Source: Candidatus Uhrbacteria bacterium
GTDB lineage: Bacteria; Patescibacteriota; Patescibacteriia; UBA9934; UBA10169
Reading direction: 5' to 3'
NCBI GenBank assembly: GCA_016187485.1
Contig: JACPJO010000002.1
Span: 27,912-91,911, forward strand
DNA length: 64,000 nucleotides
Shown: one piece after another, positions 38,052 to 46,318 of the stretch
Layout: each line of letters begins with the position of its first letter
How positions within the stretch are numbered: the stretch's first letter is position 1
Notes under the pieces: generated by a model
What the model was told of the DNA's origin: nothing
Database searches by the model: none
What the model saw: the letters and a program-made list of their open reading frames with translations, nothing else
Made by a program: the position numbers and the translations under genes

Positions 38052-39506
38052 TTAGTAGGCTCCCTTGCGAAAGATGACGACGAAGGGAGTTTTCATGAGA
38101 ATTTTGAGGTCAAGCCACGGGGACCAATGCTCCATGTAGAACGTATCTAAGCGCATTTCTTCTTCGAAATCAAGATCGGAGCGACCACTGATTTGCGCCA
38201 GCCCCGTCATTCCCGGACGGATGGTGTGGACCTTGCGGTGATGCGGAAGGTACTTGTCCACCTCGCGTGGCTGGTGTGGCCGCGGCCCCACCAGGCTCAT
38301 GGAGCCGGAGAGTATGTTGAACAGTTGTGGCAGTTCATCCAAAGAGTATTTGCGGATCTTTTGTCCAAAAGGGGTGACGCGTGGATCGTTGGCGATTTTA
38401 TAGACGGGCCCATGCTTCATGTTTTGTTTGCGGATAAGTTCCTCCTCCATCTTCTCGGCACGCGCTTGATTGCCGAGGCCTTTCTGCGATCCGATGCTGT
38501 ACTCGGCTCGCATGGAGCGAAATTTGAAGGTGAGGAACCGCCGCCCACCTTCTCCCACGCGCTCGTTTTTGAAGAGGATGGGCCGCCCACTTTCAAAAAG
38601 AATGCAGATCGTGATGAACAGCAGGGTGGGAGAGAAAAGGATGACGAGCACGAGAGCCAGCAGGATATCGAACCCGCGTTTGTAAATAGCCCCCCATCCA
38701 TCCAGAGGCGTTTTCTTCACGGTCATAAGAGGGACACCCGCAATGGTGGATGCGTCCACACGGAGCGAGCCTACGGTGAACAAGTCAGCGGAGTAGCGGA
38801 GGTCGAGATGTTCTACGTCGGAAAAACTCCGCAGGCGGGACAGCGTCTCGCGGCTTGCGTTGGGGTCCGTCAAAATAATCTCGTCGATGGCGCTACGGCG
38901 GGCCAACTGCATCAGCGTTTTCTCCGTTTCGTCTCCAAATGCGTCAAACGTTCCTACAACACGGATACCATAGCGGCGCCGTGTCTCAAATGTCTGACGA
39001 AGCACTTCGCCCGTCTCTCCGTTACCGATGAGAACGGCGCGCCGCATGCCGATCCCCAAAAAGAGAAGGGAATTTTGTATGCCACGGATCAGCAGGCGCT
39101 CCGTCCACACGAGGGTGACGGCTAAGCCCCAGCCGACCAAAATAATGAATCGGGATTCAAATGCCTCGAGGGTAAAAAAGAGAAGGGCGAAGATGACGGC
39201 CATTGCAGAGGCGCTCGCAAACAGAGTTGTTTGTACATCTTCCGCAAGACGTCGGCGAGAGGTGCGGTAAGCTCCAGCGAAGGCAAAAATAATAACCCAC
39301 AGCACTACAGCGGGGAGTGCAAGCTGGCTGTAGCGTTCGAGGGTAAGGTCGAAAATGACTGGTCGCCACTCGGTAAAGAAGGGGAGAAGGCGTACATGAT
39401 AAGCCGCGAGCGCGCCGGCAAAAATAGCCAGGGCATCCATGGGCACGAGGAGAGCCGTAAAAAACAAATCCGGGCGTTTCATATGATGGTGCTTATGATA
39501 CCGCAA
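38052..39506 (-). CDS. Polyprenyl-phosphate hexose-1-phosphate transferase (WbaP / bacterial sugar transferase family), initiating glycan synthesis
   Basis: Five N-terminal TM helices, then the C-terminal catalytic domain with GPVYKIANDPRVTPFGQKIRKYSLDELPQLFNILSGSMSLVGPRP. Confidence 0.8.
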   Translation of the reverse strand: MRYHKHHHMKRPDLFFTALLVPMDALAIFAGALAAYHVRLLPFFTEWRPVIFDLTLERYSQLALPAVVLWVIIFAFAGAYRTSRRRLAEDVQTTLFASASAMAVIFALLFFTLEAFESRFIILVGWGLAVTLVWTERLLIRGIQNSLLFLGIGMRRAVLIGNGETGEVLRQTFETRRRYGIRVVGTFDAFGDETEKTLMQLARRSAIDEIILTDPNASRETLSRLRSFSDVEHLDLRYSADLFTVGSLRVDASTIAGVPLMTVKKTPLDGWGAIYKRGFDILLALVLVILFSPTLLFITICILFESGRPILFKNERVGEGGRRFLTFKFRSMRAEYSIGSQKGLGNQARAEKMEEELIRKQNMKHGPVYKIANDPRVTPFGQKIRKYSLDELPQLFNILSGSMSLVGPRPHQPREVDKYLPHHRKVHTIRPGMTGLAQISGRSDLDFEEEMRLDTFYMEHWSPWLDLKILMKTPFVVIFRKGAY

Positions 39507-39534
39507 GGCCCCGCATGAAGCGAGGCCTGGGGCC

Positions 39535-40013
39535 GGGAAACGTATAAGCCGAATTCTGTTCTCCCATCACTCTTTGCAGAGCGTTAGGAGAGGTGACTAT
39601 CTATCTTGACTGCTCATTGCTGAACAGCTCCGCATGATCCTTGCGAACCATGCACGCGAGCGACCAAATTTGCTCTTGCACCGAAAAGGGTTTACCACAC
39701 CTCTGCGTCACCGCAGGGCGAATCGCGTAGCCCCGAAGGACATCGCGAAACTTTTCACGTTTCCCCCTACATAGCTCCGTGAGGAGCGACGTGGGGTAGT
39801 ATTGTCTCTGTGACACTTTCCCTAGAGTTCTCTCTGAGCCCGAAGAGCAATCTCTCCGGCAAAGCCGGATCCGGCTTTGCCGGACAGCTCCTCGATTCCA
39901 GATTTCCTCTGGCCGCCGTTAGCGGCTTTTCTTGTCTTCCTCTCTTGCGAAAGGGTAGGGTGTTCGGACTTTCCTCTCCCGCTTTTAACAGGAGCAGTCA
40001 CCGCGTTTCCTGG
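39535..40013 (-). ncRNA. rnpB: RNase P RNA (bacterial type, with insertions)
   Basis: Minus strand carries GGAAACG (P1 5') ...GAGAGGAAAGTCCGAAC (P4 5' strand, universal GGAAAGTCCG)... and ...GAGAACAGAATTCGGCTTATACGTTTCC (P4 3' strand ACAGAA-CGGCTTA plus P1 3'). It fills a 550-bp gap with no ORF between wbaP and trpS. Confidence 0.65.
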
Positions 40014-40062
40014 CGTGGCAGAAGATACTACACTTTAGAGACTTTGTCCATACCTCACAAGA

Positions 40063-41043
40063 TTACAATCGGATGCCGAGCACTTCACGCACCGCTCCCA
40101 TCTTTTTTTCTGCCAGTTCCTTTGCGCGGGCGGAGCCGTCGCGGAGCACGCCCACCAGATGCGCGGGGTCAGCCCGCAGAGCAAGATATTTTTCGCGAAT
40201 GGGTTGCAGGAATTCCACGAGCGTATCGGCCAGAGTCCCTTTGAATTCTTTATACCCTTTGCCGTCAAACGACTGCACAACCTCTTTTGGCGTCATGCCG
40301 GTAATTTCGGCCATGATGGTAACCAGGTTGCTTACTCCGGGCCGCTTTGCCGGCGCGAAGTCGATGGTCCCTTCCGAGTCTGTGACGGCGGCGGCGATCT
40401 TTTTGCGCACAGTGCCTTCATCGTCTGTGAGGGCGATGTAGTTTTTTGGACTCCCTGCGGATTTGGACATTTTCGTGGTTGGGTCATCAAGCCCCATAAT
40501 CCGCGCGCCGGTTTTTTTGATGAGCGGAGTGGGCATGGCGAATGTTTCTCCGAACATTTTGTTGAACCGTTCCGCCAGGTCGCGCGCAAGCTCCACGTGC
40601 TGTTTTTGGTCCTCGCCCACGGGCACATAGTCGGTATCGTAGAGGAGAATGTCGGCCGCCATAAGCATAGGGTAGGAAAGGAGGCCGACGGACGCGGAAG
40701 TGTTCTTCCCCTTATCTTTAAACTGTGTCATGCGCTCCGCCTCGCCCAGTCTGGTGAGGCACATCAAAATCCATCCCAGCTCTGTGTGCTCGTGCACTTG
40801 GGACTGCTGGAAGATGGTGGCTTTCTTGGGATCGAGACCTGCAGCCAGATAGATGGCCGTGGCATTCAGTAAGTGGTCGTGGAGTTCACGCGGCTCAAAT
40901 GGAACCGTCATGGCATGGTAGTCCACCAAAAAATAGAAAGCTTCCGTCTCGTGCTGAAGCTTCACGAATTGCGAAATCGCGCCAATATAATTCCCGATAT
41001 GCACGATACCGGTGGGCTGGATGGCCGAAAGAGAGCGTGGCAT
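40063..41043 (-). CDS. trpS: Tryptophanyl-tRNA synthetase
   Basis: HIGH-type GIVHIGNYIGAI and KMSKS (TTKMSKSAGS). About 330 aa, class Ic. The start MPRSLSAIQPTG is at 41043. Confidence 0.85.
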   Translation of the reverse strand: MPRSLSAIQPTGIVHIGNYIGAISQFVKLQHETEAFYFLVDYHAMTVPFEPRELHDHLLNATAIYLAAGLDPKKATIFQQSQVHEHTELGWILMCLTRLGEAERMTQFKDKGKNTSASVGLLSYPMLMAADILLYDTDYVPVGEDQKQHVELARDLAERFNKMFGETFAMPTPLIKKTGARIMGLDDPTTKMSKSAGSPKNYIALTDDEGTVRKKIAAAVTDSEGTIDFAPAKRPGVSNLVTIMAEITGMTPKEVVQSFDGKGYKEFKGTLADTLVEFLQPIREKYLALRADPAHLVGVLRDGSARAKELAEKKMGAVREVLGIRL

Positions 41044-41097
41044 ACGAACAGGAGTATAACACAAAGCGAGGTTTCAAACCTCGCTTTTGTTTCCCTT

Positions 41098-42924
41098 TTA
41101 TACCTCAATGATCACGGGCAAAATCATGGGCCGGCGTTCGGTATGCTGGAAGATGAACGTGCCCAAATCATTACGCAGGGTATTCTTCACATGCTCGAAG
41201 TCTGCAGCATTCGGTGCGGCATGGTTGTTCACGATGGTGCGCACTTTATCACGCAGATCATCCACAAATCGTTTCTGATCCTTCATGAAGATAAACCCAC
41301 GGCTGATGATGTCCGGCGATCCTACAAGCTTGCCGGTCTTTGAAGCAATCTGCGTGATCACAATGACCATGCCGTCTTCGGCAAGCACTTGTCGGTCGCG
41401 GAGCACCACCTGCGAAACGTCGCCCACGCCAAGCCCGTCTACAAAGACGTAGTCGGCAGGCAGACGTTCTTCCGTGAGCCGTCCTTCTCCAAGCTCGCCC
41501 GGTTTCTGTGATTTCTGGAATTCGGCTACTTGGCCGTTGTCCACCACAAAGACTCGTTCCTCGGGCCAGCCAAGCGAGTACGCCACTTCGGCGTTCTCGC
41601 GGAGCAAGAAGTGGTTCCCCTCAATCGGAATATAGTATTTCGGTTTGAAGAGAGAGAGCATGAGCTTGATGTCTTCTTTGTGTGCATGACCGCCAGCGTG
41701 CACATCCATCATGGCGTAGTGCACAACACGTGCTCGCTTACGATAGAGAACATCTTTGAGACGCTGAACCGAGCGCTCATTTCCCGGAATGACGGACGAA
41801 GAGAAGACCACCGTATCGCCCGGAATGATGCGTACACTCCGATGCTCATCGTTGGCGATGCGCATAAGGGCGGCATTGCGCTCTCCCTGCGCGCCGGTAC
41901 ACACCACAACGATTTTTTCTTTGGGGTAGTCATCTACCTGTTCAATAGGGATGAAGGTCTTCATGGATGCTTTGATGTAGCCCAACTCTTTAGCGATCTC
42001 CACGTTTGTTTTCATGGAGTAGCCGTCGAGCGCCACTTTCTTACCCTGCTTTTCCGCGATCTCGATGATTTGTTTCACACGCGAGAGAAGCGAGGCAAAC
42101 GTCCCGATGATGAGCCGCCCCGGCGCCTTTTCAATGAGGTGCTCCAGGGTAGCGCCGATTTCCCGCTCGCTCACTTGGTGTCCCGGTACGGACGCGTTTG
42201 TGGAGTCTCCCATCAGACAAAGCACGCCTGCCTTGCCGATTTCGGCAATGCGCTGAAAGTCGGCGGGCGCGGTCCCCACGGGGTGGAAATCAAATGTCCA
42301 GTCGCCGGTGTGGCACACGTTGCCGGCCGGGGTTTCCAAGAGCACGCCGGCAGAGTCAGGGATGTTGTGGTTGATGTGGAAGAGCGACACGCGGATAGCC
42401 CCAAGCTGGATGGGCTCTCCGATCTTGATTTGGTGAAGTTTCAAGGGCGGCGTCTTAAAATCAAGCTGGCGTTTTTTGATAATGCCAAGTGTGATGGGTA
42501 GTCCGTAGATAGGAGGATTTCCTACGCCAGGGATTGTGTGCGGAATAGCGCCGATGTGGTCGTAGTGGCCATGCGTGATGATGACGCCACGGATGTTTTT
42601 TTCCTTCCCTTTGAGGTAGGACATGTTGGGAATGATATAGTCCACGCCCGGCATGTCTTCCTCGGGGAATTGAAGGCCCATGTCTACCAGAACGATGTCG
42701 TTTCCGTACTCGAACATGGTGCAGTTACGGCCGACCTCCTCGCATCCGCCGAGTACGGCGATGCGCAGACGGTCAGTGGGTGCCTTGGTTTGAGGCACGG
42801 ACGGCGCCGATCGCGGGGCCTCGATGAACGTACGGCCGCCCCGGCGCGGCTTGAATGAAGGCCGTCCCTGCGGTCGCCCTCGACGGTTGTGTGAAGATGG
42901 ATGAGATGAATGCGGTTGCATCAT
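41098..42924 (-). CDS. rnj: Ribonuclease J (beta-CASP metallo-beta-lactamase) with Arg-rich N-terminal extension
   Basis: HxHxDH motif ITHGHYDHIGA, a beta-CASP region, and a C-terminal domain. The N-terminal approximately 60 aa are Arg/Pro-rich (RRGRPQGRPSFKPRRGGR). Confidence 0.8.
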   Translation of the reverse strand: MMQPHSSHPSSHNRRGRPQGRPSFKPRRGGRTFIEAPRSAPSVPQTKAPTDRLRIAVLGGCEEVGRNCTMFEYGNDIVLVDMGLQFPEEDMPGVDYIIPNMSYLKGKEKNIRGVIITHGHYDHIGAIPHTIPGVGNPPIYGLPITLGIIKKRQLDFKTPPLKLHQIKIGEPIQLGAIRVSLFHINHNIPDSAGVLLETPAGNVCHTGDWTFDFHPVGTAPADFQRIAEIGKAGVLCLMGDSTNASVPGHQVSEREIGATLEHLIEKAPGRLIIGTFASLLSRVKQIIEIAEKQGKKVALDGYSMKTNVEIAKELGYIKASMKTFIPIEQVDDYPKEKIVVVCTGAQGERNAALMRIANDEHRSVRIIPGDTVVFSSSVIPGNERSVQRLKDVLYRKRARVVHYAMMDVHAGGHAHKEDIKLMLSLFKPKYYIPIEGNHFLLRENAEVAYSLGWPEERVFVVDNGQVAEFQKSQKPGELGEGRLTEERLPADYVFVDGLGVGDVSQVVLRDRQVLAEDGMVIVITQIASKTGKLVGSPDIISRGFIFMKDQKRFVDDLRDKVRTIVNNHAAPNAADFEHVKNTLRNDLGTFIFQHTERRPMILPVIIEV

Positions 42925-43117
42925 AAAAGAATAGACTCAAGTTTCATGAAACTCACGAATGACTTTTGTCTGCGCTTGTGACGGACACAAGAGAAAGCAA
43001 AAGGTATCTTGAAGCGCCCGGACCAGCTTAGCTGGTCTCCCCTCGCTTAGCTTTGCGCTTGTTGGTTTAAGCAAAGCTGAGCTTTGCTCTGACGGGGACC
43101 AACCGAGCTAAGCTCGG

Positions 43118-43204
43118 TGGTGCGGATGGAGAGACTCGAACTCTCAAGCCATTGCTGGCACGGGCTTCTGAGGCCCGCGCGTATACCAATTCCGCCACAT
43201 CCGC
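43118..43204 (-). tRNA. tRNA-Leu (anticodon CAG), long variable arm, CCA encoded
   Basis: Reverse complement GCGGATG TG GCGG AATTGGTAT ACGC G CGGGC CTCAGAA GCCCG ... CATCCGC A CCA. Confidence 0.85.
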
Positions 43205-43367
43205 TCATTACGAAAGCTCTTAAAATAGCGATCTGTCGGCGCGCGCCGAGACATCTCATCTATTTTAAAAGCTTTCGTATCCTCTTTTTATTTCGGCGTA
43301 CGTCCTCCTCGTGCATTTTTCTCTCCACAAAGGGTGCTCGTGAGAGCATCAACAAGACTATGGTACG

Positions 43368-45248
43368 TTAAAAGCCGTTTTTTGTCAATAAACCTGGTCT
43401 GAACACGCGTTTTGTTCGCACGAACCATCCTTCGACGCGATTAAAGCGGTCGGCCGGAGTCGTGATGCGCGGGAGGTCATTTCCTTTGATCTTTGCCGCA
43501 GTAGCGTAGAGGTAGTCCGGTTGTACCAAAAACAAGGCCGGCAGGTCTTCTTTGATGGATGTTTCCACAATGGTGTAGGCTTCGGTGCGTTTTTGGGCAT
43601 CCGAACTTGCTCGGGCTGTTTCAAGCGCATCGTCCACCTTGCGATTCGCGTAGCCGGGTAGGTTCACTCCTGGGTCAGCGGCTTGCGAGGAATGCCAGAA
43701 GGGGAATGGGTCGGGATCCACGCCGTAGAGGATACCCGTCAAAAGCATCTGGTAGGCGCGTGGTTTAATGACGGCGCTCCCAAGTTCTGCCGGTTGGACG
43801 GCGCGTATGGTTACACGCACGCCGATCTCTTGCCATAGGTCTTTGAGGAGGGCGGCAAGTGTTGCGAAATCCGCGGTGTCCGGATACACAAGCTCGATTT
43901 CCAGCAACTCGGCTTCTGCGTCTTCATCTATATTTTTTGCACGCACGCCAGTCGTTTCATCAACCGCCCACTTTGCCGTGTCCAACTTTGTTCGTGCCTC
44001 TTCGAGATTTTGCTCTGTGGGAGTGCTTGCGGGGAGAAACGTGTCGGCAACGATGGGGCCGCTGAGCGCCTTCGCGAATCCTCCGTACACATTCTCTACG
44101 ATTGCCTTGCGGTTCACGGCAAGATCAAGAGCTTGTCGAACAGCGAGTTCTTTGAGCGCGGGTTGTGTTGTTTGGTTGAAGAAGATATTAATCTGCTGGG
44201 GGATGGTAGGGCGGAGAAGGCGAATAGCGCGTCCGTCAAGTTTCCGCGCGCTTTCTTGCGGAAGAAATGCGGCACCCTCGACCTGCCGGCCTTCAAGCGC
44301 GCTGACGAGCGCATTCAGGTTGTCGTAAAATTTAAAGGTGATGCGTTCAAGGGACGGACGATTTCCGTAGAACGCCGGAAAACGCTGGAGCGTATAACTG
44401 CGGATGGACCCGTTCTGATCCTTTGTAAATTTCTCAAACCGATACGGTCCATTCCCGACCGGTTGGGTGTTCAAATTCACGAGGCTTGCGCGGCGCGGCA
44501 GTATTCCCTCCCAAATGTGCGCAGGCAAGATTCCTACGGTAAGCGTGCTCAAAAAAGGAGCGAACGGTTCGGAGAGGGTGAACCGAACGGTGAGGTCGTC
44601 TACCGCCTCTACTTTTACGCTTCGAAATGTAACAGAGAGGGGGCTCAAGTATTCCGGGTTTGCTATGGCCTGGAATGTGAAGACAACATCTTGCGCGTTC
44701 AGGGCCTCTCCGTCGTGCCAGAGAGTATTCTCGCGTAAATTAACCACGTAGGCCTTACCGTCTTCTTCCACCGTGTAACTTTTTGCGAGGTCACCAATGA
44801 GGCCCGAGGCAGAATCGAAAATGAACAGGCCGCGGAATAACAAGCGCGTGAGGTCCGCGTCCACGGCGCTTGCCGAAGCGTAGAGGGGATTTAAAAACTG
44901 CGGCTCGCCTACAAGTCCTTCTGTATAGTCGCCGCCAACGGCGGGAAGAGAGACTTGGTGGGTGAGAATGTATACGCCAATGAGCAACAAGAAGGAAAAG
45001 ATGGCACCCGCACTTGCGAGCCGCACCAAAAACCGCTCGCCTGGCGAGAGGAGGCGTGGAAGTTGTCGCCACTGGGAAAGGGAAGGCACCGTTCCTTTGC
45101 GCGCAACGCGATAGACGTGCTCCGCCGTGAGATCCGGCGTCTTTCTGTCACGAGGAAACAACGGAGGGAAGTTCACACGTGAGGGGCACGCTTTATGAGA
45201 GGAGAATCTGTGCCAGAGCAACACCGAAAAACAGGATAGCAAGAGCAA
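43368..45248 (-). CDS. Membrane-anchored solute-binding protein, family 5 (OppA/DppA-like), orphan
   Basis: N-terminal TM (AIFSFLLLIGVYIL), then about 540 aa with the SBP_bac_5 architecture. The start is uncertain because the ORF 5' end overlaps secG by about 56 nt. No permease or ATPase genes are adjacent. Confidence 0.55.
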   Translation of the reverse strand: MLLLSCFSVLLWHRFSSHKACPSRVNFPPLFPRDRKTPDLTAEHVYRVARKGTVPSLSQWRQLPRLLSPGERFLVRLASAGAIFSFLLLIGVYILTHQVSLPAVGGDYTEGLVGEPQFLNPLYASASAVDADLTRLLFRGLFIFDSASGLIGDLAKSYTVEEDGKAYVVNLRENTLWHDGEALNAQDVVFTFQAIANPEYLSPLSVTFRSVKVEAVDDLTVRFTLSEPFAPFLSTLTVGILPAHIWEGILPRRASLVNLNTQPVGNGPYRFEKFTKDQNGSIRSYTLQRFPAFYGNRPSLERITFKFYDNLNALVSALEGRQVEGAAFLPQESARKLDGRAIRLLRPTIPQQINIFFNQTTQPALKELAVRQALDLAVNRKAIVENVYGGFAKALSGPIVADTFLPASTPTEQNLEEARTKLDTAKWAVDETTGVRAKNIDEDAEAELLEIELVYPDTADFATLAALLKDLWQEIGVRVTIRAVQPAELGSAVIKPRAYQMLLTGILYGVDPDPFPFWHSSQAADPGVNLPGYANRKVDDALETARASSDAQKRTEAYTIVETSIKEDLPALFLVQPDYLYATAAKIKGNDLPRITTPADRFNRVEGWFVRTKRVFRPGLLTKNGF

Positions 45249-45414
45249 TGGTTATTTGGTGTAAGCGCTTTTCTGCGCCGCGACGCTCATGCGCCACGAC
45301 ATCTTCACCGCCAAAGGCGGCGCCCAGGCCCGCGCTCTTGGGCTGAAGCAAGACGGCGGCAACGAGCAAGACGGCGAGAATCGCTTGGGAAATCCACAGG
45401 ATAGTCGAAATCAT
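45193..45414 (-). CDS. secG: Preprotein translocase subunit SecG
   Basis: 73 aa with two TM helices and the conserved LLQ.K.AGLGAAFGG loop. Confidence 0.6.
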   Translation of the reverse strand: MISTILWISQAILAVLLVAAVLLQPKSAGLGAAFGGEDVVAHERRGAEKRLHQITIALAILFFGVALAQILLS

Positions 45415-45544
45415 AGTGGCTCCATGCTAATGCAAACAGAGCTTTACGTCAACGCGCTGTTGCAGTTTTACGTCCGGCAAAACGTTTCATGCCGCGGCCA
45501 GACACGCGCATGCGCGGGGTGCGTTTCGTGTCGCGGCGCTTGGT

Positions 45545-46318
45545 GTGTTCTTCCATGCGTCGTGTCGCGCGATCCTCCATATGATACCATGGTACCACAT
45601 GGAGGATTCCAAGCGCTGGCTCCCGATTGTCGTGACGGGCATCTTGCTTTTGCTTGCGGGATTGTTTGTGCTTCGCGTCGTCGTTTTTTACAGCCAGATT
45701 CGCAAAGGCGACGACCAACAGCGTTCTTTCGGCGCGTCCGCCGAGCTCACACGCTCGCCCGCGCTGGCGGCAGCGATCCGTTCCACTCCCGCAGATGAAG
45801 TGTATAGCGTGGAGGACGACGATGACCCCATGCTTGGGGGCAAGGACGCACGGCTCACTATTGTGGAGTTTGCCGACTTTGGCTGCCCGTACTCGCGCAA
45901 GGCCTCGTCATCCATGCGCGCCCTTGCACTTACCTACGGCGAGAACATCCGCTATATCTATCGCGATTTTCCGATCACCGAGATTCATCCCGACGCGTTT
46001 TTAGCGGCGCAGGCAGGACAATGTGCCAACGAGCAGGATAAGTTCTGGGTCTATCACGACGCACTCTACCAACACCAAGAGGACCTTTCTCGCGCGGCGC
46101 TCCGTTCGTATGCACAGGCGGTAGGGATGGATGTCGGAGCATTTGATCGTTGTCTTGCCAGTGGGCGCTACCGCCAGGAAGTGGAAAAAGATTACGCGGA
46201 AGGTGTGGCGGCGGGCGTCGTGGGAACACCCACATTCTTTTTCAATGGGCGCCGTGTGGAAGGAGCCATCCCCCTCGAGATTCTTCGTTCGCTCATAGAC
46301 ACTTTTCTTAAGGTATGA
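45545..46318 (+). CDS. DsbA-family thiol:disulfide oxidoreductase (membrane-anchored)
   Basis: N-terminal TM, then thioredoxin fold with CPYS active site (EFADFGCPYSRKA) and ...GTPTFFFNGRRVEG. The stop overlaps the start of the next gene (ATGA). Confidence 0.6.
   Translation: MFFHASCRAILHMIPWYHMEDSKRWLPIVVTGILLLLAGLFVLRVVVFYSQIRKGDDQQRSFGASAELTRSPALAAAIRSTPADEVYSVEDDDDPMLGGKDARLTIVEFADFGCPYSRKASSSMRALALTYGENIRYIYRDFPITEIHPDAFLAAQAGQCANEQDKFWVYHDALYQHQEDLSRAALRSYAQAVGMDVGAFDRCLASGRYRQEVEKDYAEGVAAGVVGTPTFFFNGRRVEGAIPLEILRSLIDTFLKV

Noticed and set aside
38193-39125. 310-aa plus ORF
   Set aside because: Antisense to the WbaP-like sugar transferase, which carries the diagnostic C-terminal catalytic motif on the minus strand.
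40073-40872. 237-aa and 122-aa plus-strand ORFs
   Set aside because: Antisense to trpS, which has HIGH and KMSKS motifs on the minus strand.
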